From contig OX597828.1 in the NCBI GenBank assembly GCA_951406725.2, forward strand, positions 20,026,001-20,090,000: a stretch of 64,000 nt of DNA. The letters run 5' to 3'. The notes beneath the pieces were generated by a model. It made no database searches, had not been told where the DNA came from, and saw nothing but the letters and a program-made list of their open reading frames with translations. The translations under genes were made by a program, and so were the position numbers. This DNA comes from Octopus vulgaris. Lineage: Eukaryota. Positions within the stretch are counted from its first letter, which is position 1. The number at the start of each line of letters is the position of its first letter. Of this stretch, positions 29,375-42,452 are shown piece by piece.

Positions 29375-29451
29375 AAAGAGTTCGACTGTTAATACTAGCT
29401 GGTAGACATACTAAGTATGTCTTTTGATTAATATATATATATATATATATA

Positions 29452-29852
29452 GGCGCAGGAGTGGCTGTGTGGTAAGTAGCTTGCTAACCAACCACATGGT
29501 TCCGGGTTTAGTACCACTGCGTGGCATCTTGGGCAAGTGTCTTCTACTATTGCCTCGGGCGGTCCAATGCCTTGGGAGTGGATTTGGTAGGCGGAAACTG
29601 AAAGAAGCCCGTCGTATATATGTATATATATGTGTGTGTGTATGTTTGTGTGTCTGTTTTTGTCCCCCCAGCATTGCTTGACAACCGATGCTGGTGTGTT
29701 TACGTCGCCGTCACTTAGCGGTTCGGCAAAAGAGACCGATAGAATAAGTACTGGGCTTACAAAGAATAAGTCCTGGGGTCGAGTTGCTCGACTAAAAGGC
29801 GGTGCTCCAGCATGGCCGCAGTCAAATGACTGAAACAAGTAAAAGAGTAAAG
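29452..29852 (+). mobile_element. tRNA-derived CORE-like SINE, family B (full length; resembles octopus OR-type SINEs)
   Basis: A box tggctgtgtggt, B-box-like gggtttagtacc, CORE-like ggcatcttgggcaagtgtctt, internal microsatellite, (gtaaaaga) tail. Confidence 0.88.
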
Positions 29853-30220
29853 TGTATATATATATATATGTGTGTGTGTGTGTTTGTGTGTGTTTGTAAG
29901 CGTTTTCCTTCAAAACGCGTTTAATAAAGACATGATGAAGTTTAATAACACACTACCAAGAGGTTGTTTAATTCCTTCTGTTGAAAGCTTTGATGTCAAA
30001 TTGCTGTTTTTTGTATATATAACACGACATAAAAGCAAGCAAGCAACAATACTATATATATGTGCGTGTATGAATATACATACACACACGTAAGGAAATT
30101 CAAGTAACTGTGGTTCGTACAGACAGCCATGTTGAAGTGGGCATTGCTTTTTATATGAGTGTGTGAGTGTATGTGTGCGTGTGCGTGCCTGCGTGCCTGC
30201 GCATGTGTGCGTGTATTTAT

Positions 30221-30251
<31 letters not shown>

Positions 30252-30637
30252 AAGTTAATCCAAACAAGAAAACAAAAAGACAACAACGCAAGGATGTGGA
30301 ACAAATAAAGTATTATTGGACGCTCAGGAAAGAAGGGAAGAAGGAGGAATATATATATATATATAACGATGAATAGCCTTCGCGTAAACCAATTGGTTTG
30401 TTTTGTTCTCTTATTTTACTATTATTATCATCTTATAATCATCTCATAATAATGACCTTTATGACTCGTATTACTACCTCAGTCAATCTAAATGTATATA
30501 TTTGTCACTACCTGTCATAAATAGCCTTTTTCTATCTGCAATATGCATTTTCGTTGGTTTTTCATATTTTAATCTTACATTTTCACGTGTATTTTATATT
30601 TTCTTTTCGTAATATATTTCTACTATATATATATATA

Positions 30638-30923
30638 TTTACAAGATAAGGGCAGAGGAAAGATGCTAATGCCAGATACGCCGAAACAAAAAATTGTTGA
30701 TAACTATTAAATTTAAAAATGAATTTTTTAGAGATTTCTATGGATTTGTTTCGAGACACATAAATTTAATGGTTATCGACAATTTTTTGTTTCGGCGTAT
30801 CAGGCATTAGAATTTTTCTTCTGTCCTTATCTTGTAAACTATGTATAAATTTTACCTTTAAAGGCATTTTTTGATATGCTGGGCATTGATAACATTTTTT
30901 CCCGAAAAAATTTTTATCCTATA

Positions 30924-30928
<5 letters not shown>
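30638..30928. mobile_element. (TA)n-embedded fold-back element with asymmetric tail
   Basis: Arms 30638-30716 / 30761-30838, then a unique tail and (TA)n; same layout as 38008; no hammerhead core seen. Confidence 0.65.
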
Positions 30929-30978
<50 letters not shown>

Positions 30979-31267
30979 TATACGATACATGTTTCCTTGA
31001 ATCCGTAAAGCGAAACAAAACAGGAAAAAAATCGTAAGTACTTAATGTATTTTGAAGGCATTGAGTGATATTTCATAATTCAAAGTTTACTTAAAAATTT
31101 GTTCGATACTTCATCTACAAAACATCAAAGATATTTCTTGAATCCTCAGAATTTTAGAAATTATGAAGTGGTGTCTGTGGAAGATGTTCGCAAATACACC
31201 GGTGCAATCGTCTGTTGTTGTATTTGTAAGTCAGCAGGTATGTTGATATGTGGACAGAGGAAACGGA

Positions 31268-31520
31268 CTAGTGGTTACGATCGTTGTACTCACGAGCGCT
31301 AGATCGTAGTTTCGAATTCCAAGACATGATGGGGCATTGTGCTCTTGAGCAAAACACTTCATTTCATATTGCTTCACGATCATGTCGACACCTTTTGTGT
31401 GATACGCTATGCGCCAGTTCAGGCAACAGCGATCTGATGAACTAATGTACAACACATATATTTGATTACTATATACAAATAATATCTGTTGGTCTTTCAG
31501 CAAGAAATTGCAGCACGGTC
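31268..31520 (+). mobile_element. SINE family C, degenerate
   Basis: tagtggttac..., ttgtgctcttgagcaaaacacttcatttca. Confidence 0.55.
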
Positions 31521-31864
31521 TTTCTCGGACTACGAGAGACTATCCATCGATAAATGTTATATAAAGGTCTTTCTAGGGAGAGTAAGGTAGGAAAGTTCAG
31601 CTGGGGTCGTGTGAAAGGGCTTGGCGAAATATAAATTTGAATGGCACAGTATTTGAATAATCATGTTCTTATGCACACAAGAGTTCGTGAATTTCGAATT
31701 AAAAATGTATGAATTCATGAATGAATAAATTATAAAGTAATCAAAATTATAAAGTTCGGTTAAAAGAACGTCATACAAGTACTCTCTTAAAGGCTTTTGA
31801 AGCAGTTTTTTTCTTTTTACTAGATTAAAATTTTACGGAGTTATAATTAAAAGTTGAAGCATTA

Positions 31865-32023
<159 letters not shown>

Positions 32024-32155
32024 GTTGCTAGCTAGCACTGTCACAAACAGATATTTGTAGATATATATATATATATAAATGTGTGTGTGTGTGCGTGTCT
32101 GTACATATACACAGATACATACAAGGACTTACAAGTTGCGAATAAAAGCAGAAAA

Positions 32156-32221
<66 letters not shown>

Positions 32222-32868
32222 ATACATACAGAGCCACAAACACACACACTAACATAAACACACACACCTCCACAAACACATACACACACGCGCAAACACA
32301 CACACACTCAAACAAGCACGCACTCTTCCTGTCTCACTCTCACACACACATTCTCTCTTCAACCGTATCCATTACTTCTGCTCTCTTTTATGTTCGCTCT
32401 TTCTCTTTCCTTTTCTGTGTCTTTATGCACACACATACACACATATATATGTATACCTAAAAACATTATACGCATGCGTAAATACATACATACATACACA
32501 CTGATGTCTAATCACGCATGCATAGGTACATCCATGTAATCATACACACATACATACAAACATACACACATATACACATACATTCATACATACATACGTA
32601 CACACTGCTACGTATGCAATCATAATATACATAACTAGTTAAGAGTCTTCCTTAAACCTTTACATTGAAATATAATTCCAAATTCCCTAACATAAGATTA
32701 TATTCGAAAATAACGCTAAATGTTCTACGCTTCATCGAAATTTACTGAAATTCCGCCTCCAAGAATTCTTCAAAAATGTATCGCATCATTCGTTCGATGC
32801 CTTGTAATAATGCGATATGTTTTTGCGATTTTTCTGCGTTTCTATGTGGATGGGTATATGTAGATATT

Positions 32869-32905
<37 letters not shown>

Positions 32906-33140
32906 AGGGGGCATGCGCATATGTGTGAATGTGTGTATGTGTGTGTGTGAATATATATGTGTATATGTATACATTTATGTATGTATATGTGTGTCGGTGA
33001 GTGTCCATGTGTGCGCATGTGTGTGTATGTGTAAGCTATTAATAGATGTAAATACATATATACGTAAATATGTACACATACTCACAAATATATATACGCA
33101 TATATATTTACGTATACGTATTTAAATCTATCTGTCTATG

Positions 33141-33174
<34 letters not shown>

Positions 33175-33283
33175 TGTATGTATGTATGTATGTATGTATG
33201 TATGTATGTATGTAGGTATATATGTATCTATCTATCCCTATCTATCTATCTATCTATCAATCTATCTATATATGCATATATAC

Positions 33284-33363
<80 letters not shown>

Positions 33364-33914
33364 CGGTGTGTATAGGGAAAAGTAGAAAATACAACTTTAG
33401 AAACTCTGACAATGCAATGAAATAACGATTTCCATATGTCATGAAGTTATCCGGAGGCGAATACACACGAAGTTATCCGAAGATAACGAACTCACATACG
33501 TAAGTATACATGTATTGTCCACGTCGAATGTGTCTATCCAAGTGTGTATGTATATGTGCGTGTGTTCCCACATACACGATTGAAGACTATCACGTTCGAA
33601 AATAGAAATATTTATACGCACACACACATACAGCACATAAACACGTACGTATTTATGTATGTATGTATATGGATATGTTTATATATACGGACGCATATGT
33701 ATGTGTAGATATACGTGTAGGTTCATACGTGTACATGTGTATGTGTTCGTTGAACACGATTGTCTTCGATTCTTGGATTACTATCGTGCGAAATGTTACA
33801 CTCTTTTAGTCGCTTCGAACATTGGTCCGTGGCCATGTAGAGACACTCTCTCCGTATCTTTTCATCGATCGTTTTACCGCATAACTTTCTGCTAAAATAT
33901 TTGAAAGCTGCAAC

Positions 33915-35025
33915 GTGGCGTTCTGGTTGAAACGTTAGCACGCCGGGCGAAATGCGTAGCCGTATTTCGCCTGCTGTTACGTTCTGCGTTCAAATTCCGC
34001 CGAGGATGACTTTGCCTTTCAGCCTTTCGGGGTCGATTAAATAAGTACCAGTTACGCACTGGGGTCGATGTAATCGACTTAATCCGTTTGTCTGTCCTTG
34101 TTTGTCCCCTCTGTGTTTAGCCCCTTGTGGGTAGTAAAGAAATACATATTTCGTCTGTCTCTACGTTCTGAGATCGAATTCCGCCGAGGTCGACTTTGCC
34201 TCTCATTCTTCCGGGGTCGTTAGCACGCCAGACGAAATGATCAGCGGCATTTCGTCTGTCTCCATGTTCTGAGTTCAAATTCCGCCGAGGTCGACTTTGC
34301 CTTTCCTCCTTTCGGGGTCGATAAATTAAGTACCATTTACGCACTGGGGTCGATTTAATCGACTTAATTCCTTTGTCTGTCCTTGTTTGTCGCTCTAGGC
34401 TTAGCCCCTTGTGGGCAATAAAGAAATAAAAACCGTTAGCACGCCGGGCAAAATGCGTAGCCGTGTTTCGCCTGCAGTTACGTTCCGAGTTCAAATTCCA
34501 ATGAGGTCGACTTTGCCTTTCATCCTTTCGGGGTCGATTAAATAAGTACCAGTTACGCACTGAAGTCGATATAATCAACTTAATCCATTTGTCTGTCCTT
34601 GTTTGTCCTCTCTGTGCTTAGCCCCTTGTGGGTAGTAAAGAAATAAGTGTATCGTCTGCCGTTACGTTCTGAGTTCAAATTCCGCCGAAATCAACTTTGC
34701 TTTTCATCCTTTCGGGGTCGCTAAATTAAATACCAGTGAAACACTGGGGTCGATGTAATCGACTAGCTCCCCCCCCCCTAACAATATAATAGAAGGAATT
34801 AATAAAGTGATATGTTAGGCGGCAAGCTGGCTGTATCGTTAGCACACAGGACAAAATGCTTAGCGGCATTTCCTTCATTTTATGGGTCTTAGTTCAAATT
34901 CCATGGAGGTCAACCTTGCACTTCATCTTTTCGGAGTCGATAAAATAAGTGGGATGAATGAAACCGATTCCTCCCACCCCTGTCGCAGTCCCACAATTTT
35001 CAGACCTTGTGCTTACGATAAAAAA
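33915..35025 (+). mobile_element. Head-to-tail cluster of about six SINE family A copies
   Basis: Units begin at ~33915, 34148, 34219, 34433, 34651 and 34816, each with a ttcaaattcc-like B box and central domain. Confidence 0.9.
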
Positions 35026-35044
35026 GAGTATTATATATAATAAT

Positions 35045-35513
35045 ATAATGAAATTATTGTATACAGTGCTCAGATGCACCACAACTTGTCAAAAAGTGCA
35101 TATAAAGTACATGCAGTAATGTAGAAATGTCTGGATAGCGAACAATGTATGAGTCAGATACATGCTTGTGTGTGTATGGAGGGGAGAAAATCAAGTGTAG
35201 TGTTGCCGAATCTCAGGAAGCATGGGAGTTTTGAAGGATGCAGTGCTCCGACAACTAACAACTGATGCCGGCAGTTTGTTCCATGCTTCAGCAACTCTCA
35301 GCGTGGAAAAATGTTTCCTGAAGTCATGGGAGCTGTGCTGTTTTCTTACTTTGTAAATATGTCCACGGGTGTTAGATGGGTGGAGTTTGAAAAGGTGGTC
35401 AGAGTTATTGTTTGTACGATGGTTGATAATTTTATGGGTGTCTGCCAAGTCAGCTGCCAGACGTCGGATTTTCAATGTGTCCATGCCCAGGGAAGTACAC
35501 AGAGGTTATGAGC
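35045..35513 (-). pseudogene. CR1/L2-group LINE 3' end
   Basis: ORF 35191..35484: TLKIRRLAADL..TRGHIYKV..RKHFSTLRVAEAWNKLPASVV..FK, the typical ORF2 C-terminus, followed by a 3' UTR. Confidence 0.88.
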
Positions 35514-36031
35514 TGACAGAATCATTAGCGCGTTCAGTAAGAATTGCTCTGCCGTGTTTCTTCTGCTTCTTTCGAACTTGTGTTCAAATCTCACCAAAAT
35601 AAAATAAAATACCTATCAAAAAAAAAAAAAAAAAACGAGAACAATTTAATCGACTTTCCTCATCTCCTTAATTACTGTTGACCTTATATTTTAATCACCA
35701 ACCATTGTTACGTTTATCCCGATGAAAAGTTGTTCGAAATTTACGCCTGTTTTTATTTAAACGATATGGAAAATTCTGATGATTAGGAATCTCATCAAAT
35801 GGAAAATAGCTAAAATAGTGAAACGCAATAAGTATTATTTTTCCGTTTCGTTTTTACTTTTACCTTGTTTGTGTTGAATATTTCATTAACCGAACAATAA
35901 GAATAACACAACTTGGTTTGGAAAAGTTCAGATTTTTCTTTTTTTTTTTTTAAGTATAATTAATCTAAAAGTTTTATACGCTGAATTATTTTATTTTGTT
36001 GATGGTGAGTATTTTCTTTCTTTCTTTCTTC

Positions 36032-36090
<59 letters not shown>

Positions 36091-36232
36091 TATTTATTTG
36101 CACGTTAAATTTTAATAAAAACAGAAAGTAATTATGGATATCAATAGAGGCCAGTTGATCGAACGTGAAAAAATATGTCACAAAAGAACTATAGGGTTAT
36201 TGTGCTCGAATTTCATACCAAAACACAGTATG

Positions 36233-36280
<48 letters not shown>

Positions 36281-36322
36281 ACATATATATATGTACACAT
36301 ATATATATATATATATACACAC

Positions 36323-36391
<69 letters not shown>

Positions 36392-36936
36392 TATATGTAT
36401 ATATGTATATGTATATATACATATATATATATGTTTATATATATGCGCATATATATATATATATATACTTATATATATATACATAGGCACACACACATAT
36501 ATATATATATACATATCTATATATATGTACACATATATATATGTGTATATACATATACATGGTTTTGTGTGTATCAGAGTGTTTGAGTGTGTGTGTGCCT
36601 GTCTGTGTGTGTATGCATGTTTGTATGTGTGTATTGAGAAATAATTATTCACCGGTTGGTTTTGTTTTTAATTACCAAATTTTAAGAAACAATTTAAATC
36701 CTTATAAGAGAAAGAAGCGAAGCAGAATGCATCTCGGTAACTGCTTATCACCTGAGATGCTTTTGTGTTAATTCTTAGCTTAATTAACTGAACACCATCG
36801 AGATAACCCCTATCTTATGATGATATGGAACTGTCATAATATCTCATGTTAAAGAAAATGGTTGTATTTTTCTTCTAAACTGTAGATCGAGTCTATATAA
36901 TGCAATGCAGATATTTACCGAAGTTGATGCAACATA

Positions 36937-37532
36937 GGCGCTGGCTTGGCTGTGTGGTAATAAGATTCCTTCCCAACCACATAGTTCGGGGGGTTCAGTC
37001 CCACTATGTGCACCTTGAGCGAGTGTCTTCTAATTCCTAGTATAGCCTCGGACCGAGGCTATGTCTTGTGAGTGGATTTGTGAGATGACAAATTGCAGTA
37101 AGTCGAAAAGTGTCGTTCGTGAGTTCGTAGATTTGCAGGAAATTGAGAAGATGTTATAGTTCGTTGAGAGCTGTTTTGGACTTGTCAAAAGATAAGCATA
37201 AACATTTGAACCAACTGAAGACTAGACATACCGAAAAAAGAGAAGAAATACCGATGGAAGTGTGTTATGACTTGTTCGATGTCCCAACGTCAAAAGAGGT
37301 TGAACCTAGGTGGATCAACAATAGAATACGTAAACAAACAGAACAACTAGAAATAGTTCCAAGCGAAAGAAGTATCAAAACGTCCTCGTCACTTAGCGGT
37401 TCGGCAAAAGAGACCGATAGAATAAGTACTGGGCTTACAAAGAATAAGTCTCGGGTTCGATTTGCTCGACTAAAGGCGGTGCTCCAGCATGGCCGCAGTC
37501 AAATGACTGAAACAAGTAAAAGAGTAAAAGAA
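36937..37532 (+). mobile_element. SINE family B halves separated by ~300 bp of foreign sequence
   Basis: 5' half 36937-37080 and 3' half 37381-37532. Confidence 0.75.
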
Positions 37533-37565
37533 TATACATATATATATGTGTGTGTGTTACATAAG

Positions 37566-37596
<31 letters not shown>

Positions 37597-37617
37597 GTTT
37601 CATATGTATACATATAT

Positions 37618-37681
<64 letters not shown>

Positions 37682-37964
37682 TGTGTGTGGGTGTGGGTGT
37701 GTGTGTGTATTCTAAGTAAATGCGAGATTGATAGTATTATCAAAATACCAACACTATACGAGTACCTGCATCGCTAAAGTTAGAAGTGAAAAATACTTCT
37801 GTGCCATGGAATAGTCACAAAATAAATACAGGCACGGTAGGAGAAAATTATAGTGAACAATAAAATCGCCTACATCTGCTAAGTTCAGAAAAAGTGATTT
37901 TTGGTTAATTTTGATAATTTTGTTTCGAATGTAGCGCCATATATATATAAACATACATATATGT

Positions 37965-38007
<43 letters not shown>

Positions 38008-38008
<1 letters not shown>

Positions 38009-38231
38009 TTTATTTAAAGCAGCAGAAAATTCAACAAAACCAGTTACTCTGAGTTTCGCGTTGCCGTTCATCGGACAGTCTTTGCTAGAATAGAACCGAT
38101 ATGTCAATTGACATATCAGAGTAACAGGTTTTGTTGAATTTTCTGCTGCTTTAAATAAAGCATATTACTCTACCACTGGTATTTCAGTACTCTTTTTTCC
38201 ACCTTGTTTCACATTTATGTGTTTACTCCGG
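38008..38231. mobile_element. (TA)n-embedded fold-back pLTR relic
   Basis: Arms 38008-38051 / 38117-38160 plus tail; same family as 17381. Confidence 0.8.
38041..38078 (-). ncRNA. Hammerhead ribozyme variant (CCGAUGA core)
   Basis: ctgt-CCGATGA-acggcaacgc-GAA-actc.a.gagt-A^actg; the sister arm reads acag, restoring stem I. Confidence 0.65.
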
Positions 38232-38252
38232 TATATATATATGTATGTATAT

Positions 38253-38314
<62 letters not shown>

Positions 38315-38469
38315 CCAGGCTCAGATGTGACTGTAAGTGTTTGTGATTGTTCCCTACCGCTGCTTGACTCGTTACGTTTAGCTCCCTGAAAGATAGTGGA
38401 TTCATTCGACTAAAAACCGTCAAGGCTGTGCCCCACCATAGCCGCAGTCCAATGACTAAGAGGAAGGAA

Positions 38470-38516
<47 letters not shown>

Positions 38517-38518
38517 TG

Positions 38519-38735
38519 TAGGAAGGAAGGGGTGCTGAAAAGTCCCTAGCTTTGAGGTTACTGTGAAAGCTCTGGTTTTAGGCCAAACCTTGCGAGATCT
38601 TTTACACGGCTTAGAAGAAACGAAGGACCGGTGCAATAATTGCGTGCATCTGAGAAGGGAATAATTTGGATAAAATCACAATTGACTGGAACCGCTGTAT
38701 TTTCTTTTACGAGAAGCCTTTACGGCATCCCCTAT
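38519..38735 (+). mobile_element. Mariner-derived MITE, degenerate
   Basis: ggggtgctgaaaagtccctagc TIR-like start; C-terminal transposase-like [12 protein letters not shown]; decayed right TIR. Confidence 0.5.
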
Positions 38736-38741
38736 TGTGTG

Positions 38742-38801
<60 letters not shown>

Positions 38802-38824
38802 AGAGGGGAGGCTGTACATATATG

Positions 38825-38855
<31 letters not shown>

Positions 38856-39900
38856 GTATATATATATATGTATATATATATATGTATATATATATTCATA
38901 TGACAGGCTTCCACACGGTTTCTATCCACTGAATTCACTCAGAAGGCCTTGGTAAACTGCATGCTTGCTTAGCAGACAATCACATCTGTGCCTCATCAGT
39001 AGATGGAAAAGAAATATAATAATTGGACGGAAGGAAGGGGAGAAAATCTTGAACTGACAAAGGAGGTGTGCTGCTTATGAGCAAGGCAGAAGTATTTGAA
39101 GTTCGTACTGACATTTCGTACTGTATGTAGGAACATCGTGAAGTAAGAATGGAAACTGAAGACGAAAATCGCTATAAACTTAACAGACACATTATAATTC
39201 TTCCACGCAAGAAACTATAAACAAAATTTATGAGCTTACATGTGAGAAAGAAGGAAAGAACTGGCGATGAACGAGACGTTTCCGCAAGAAGATCTGATTT
39301 AGAACCGAAGATGCTGCTGTGTTTTTTACTTTGTTAATCTTATATAAGAGATGTTGTATGATTTTTTTTCAATTGCATACACTACAACTACAAGATACAA
39401 GATTACATTTCTTTGCTGTTTTCACCAAAAAGCATATTTAAGAGAAAGCAGGCTCTCATCGGTTTTGGTCACCATAAAATCAATGTAATAATTCAATTTC
39501 ACTTTGCCATATAGTATCTCGAGTATAGAGAAGAACATAAAAGCAGTTCTTTTATGGAAGTTCTACAGAACTGGAAGCATATATGCCAAACGGTTAATGA
39601 ATATGGAAACGGATGGTACCACGGTAATTGTTCAGAAGCCCCCATTCTTAGCTCCAATCATAAAAACTGATCAACTCGTGTTCACGAATCAGAGTATGAT
39701 GAAGAATGAAGATATTAAAAAAAAGATTGGTAACTATGCGCAGGAATAGATATGTAGCTAAGAAACTCATTCCAATACGGTGTTTTGGGATCAGACTCAA
39801 TGCCAGATAATTAGGCCAATATTTTTTAATATAGCCCTCGCAAACAATGCCTTGCGAGTTTGGTAGGCAGACATTGTATGAATCCCATCGTGTATGTATG

Positions 39901-39931
<31 letters not shown>

Positions 39932-39943
39932 TATGTATGTATG

Positions 39944-40011
<68 letters not shown>

Positions 40012-40104
40012 CAGCAAAACAATTTAGATTCAAATGAATATGGTACTTAACTTAGATGCACCAGAATTTTTAATGGTATTACCCATAAAATTATGTGGGG
40101 TGAT

Positions 40105-40246
40105 TATAACCAAAGAATAAGCAACAAGAATGGATCCGGTAATTTAGTACAATTGTTTCATACTATAACAATTTATTAATAAATTGTTATAGTATGAAAC
40201 AATTGTACTAAATTACCGGATCCATTCTTGTTGCTTATTTTTTGGT

Positions 40247-40250
<4 letters not shown>
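40105..40250. repeat. 146-bp spacerless palindrome containing hammerhead 3' halves
   Basis: Centre at 40177|40178; one mismatch seen; each arm carries GAAACAATTGTA. Confidence 0.9.
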
Positions 40251-40302
<52 letters not shown>

Positions 40303-40385
40303 GGTCCCGGGTTGATTCGGGGTTAACCACAGTAAGTAAGGTACTCAATACATAGCAGAGTAAAATTAATTTATTATATAGAAGG

Positions 40386-40436
40386 AGCTTCTACAGGACT
40401 AGTACTGTTTCATTCAAGAGAAATCTTCAGGAAGCT
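40386..40436 (-). ncRNA. Type I hammerhead ribozyme
   Basis: agcttc-CTGAAGA-t.ttc.tctt.gaa.t-GAA-acag.tactagtc.ctgt-A^gaagct; 6-bp stem I and 4-bp stem III. Confidence 0.82.
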
Positions 40437-40692
40437 ATTTAACAAGAATTGTATTAGCATTTATACATTTAGGCAGGTTTAAAGGAGTGGTGGTGGGGGA
40501 CTTTTTGGGGGTAGGCATAGCGCAAAATATCATACTTGGGGGAGTGGTCAAGGAGTCAGTGGTAAGTTAGATGAAAGAATAGATAAATAAAAAAGTAAAA
40601 AAATAAAAAATAAAAAAATAAAATAAAAAAATAAAAAATAAAAAATATAAAAAATATATATAAAAAAATATATATATAAAATATATATATAA

Positions 40693-40740
<48 letters not shown>

Positions 40741-40743
<3 letters not shown>

Positions 40744-40931
40744 TTAGCCAGCCACTACCCACATTTTTTTCTCTCCTTGTTTCTCACCTTGTTTTTTCTG
40801 TGTCCATTTCTGTAGAAGAGCGTAGGCTCGAAATGTAAAATACTTTTTCTATTCCTGAGCGTTATACTAATACATCTGTTTGTTTTGTACACCACCTGAC
40901 TTCTTCTTTTGTTCTTTTTTGTAAACTCTCT
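40741..40931 (+). mobile_element. pLTR relic with degenerate minimal hammerhead
   Basis: ttt-CTGTAGA-a.gagc.gtag.gctc-GAAATGTA-aaa at 40807-40840; shares cctgagcgt with the 5385 family; (TA)n flanks. Confidence 0.6.
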
Positions 40932-41030
40932 CTATATATATACATCATATCAAGTTACATGAAGGAAAAAAATAGTAAGTTGAAAGTTAAAAAGAATAGT
41001 TATTTATTATTAAGAAACTGGTAATCATTA

Positions 41031-41128
41031 CTTCTTACAGCCGTTTCCATTAGTACTAAATAATTAAATTACAAATTTGTGTATTAAATTTGCATTTTCA
41101 TGCTATGAGCATAATTTCATCAGAGAAA
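41031..41128 (-). ncRNA. Type I hammerhead ribozyme with large stem II insert
   Basis: tttct-CTGATGA-aatta...taatg-GAA-acggctgt-A^agaag on the minus strand. Confidence 0.75.
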
Positions 41129-41265
41129 GAGATATACATTACGATGTTACATGGCGGCCTATCGGATAATAACACCAGATAAAATATTATGATTTATTAT
41201 TTTAACATTATTACGTGTGTAGATAGATTATGTTTGTATATAGATATACGTACACGTATGTGTGA

Positions 41266-41303
<38 letters not shown>

Positions 41304-41582
41304 TTGTGTGTATGCATAGTCGTATGTTAATGTATGTACGTATATTTATATATATAAATATGTGTGTTTACACATATATTTATGTATATGTATGTAGGTG
41401 TGTACTTATTTACATCTATGCACACACATATATCTATGTATGGGCATATGTCTGTATATGTATCCATGCATGTATATATATATACGCGCATGGATGTGTA
41501 CACATGCATATATATGTGTGTATATGCCTACATATGTGTATGTTTGTGTATGCATAGAAATGCGTATATATCTATGCGTGTG

Positions 41583-41683
<101 letters not shown>

Positions 41684-42330
41684 TTGTGTGTGTGTGTGTA
41701 TTACGTATATATTGTATATATATACATATACAAATATGTATGAATGTATGTATGTATATTACACTTATGTGTATGTACACATATATGCATACGAGTGTAA
41801 TTATATTGTTATGTAAGCATAAACATCTGATGGTTACTGTTGGCTCCATGATAAAAATCCACTCACACCCACATTTTCATAAATCCGTTAAGACTAGATG
41901 TATTTCTTTCTGGAGACGCTATTTCGCACTGGTGGACTAAAATGGATCTATGCTTATTTTATTTATAGTTGTGATGGGTATGAAAAATATATTCAAATAT
42001 ATATATATATATGTTTATATAAATACTCTTTATCTCTCTCTCTCTCCATATATATATATATAAAAACTCTTTATCTATATATTATAAGTGAATATTTTTA
42101 TTCTTATTACTCGCTATACATTTATCCTATTCATTTTATTAGTCTCCGTTTATTTCTGTTTTACTTCATTTAATTTTTTATCTTTCTTTATTTTACTTTA
42201 GCCATCATTATATTCTAATCAATCCGTTAACTTTTCACTCGCGCATAATACTATTAAAATAATAAATCATCATATTTAGTCTGCTGGTATGACCTGACAA
42301 GTCGCCATGTAACATAGAAAAGTATATCTG

Positions 42331-42452
42331 TTTCTCTGATGAAATTATGCTCATAACATGTAAAAGCAAATTTAATGCACAAATTTGTAATTTAATTTGT
42401 AATTTAATTTGTAATTTAATTATTGAATACTAATGGAAACGGCTGTAAGAAG
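42331..42452 (+). ncRNA. Type I hammerhead ribozyme with large stem II insert (inverted partner of 41031)
   Basis: tttct-CTGATGA-aatta...taatg-GAA-acggctgt-A^agaag; lies in inverted repeat 40944-41165 / 42296-42533. Confidence 0.75.

Noticed and set aside
33915-35025. CRISPR-like or tRNA gene array
   Set aside because: Units are dispersed SINE copies with no repeat-spacer structure and no full cloverleaf
36134-36652. Long YI/IY-repeat ORFs (also near 41300, 46700 and 58100)
   Set aside because: Translations of (TA)n microsatellites
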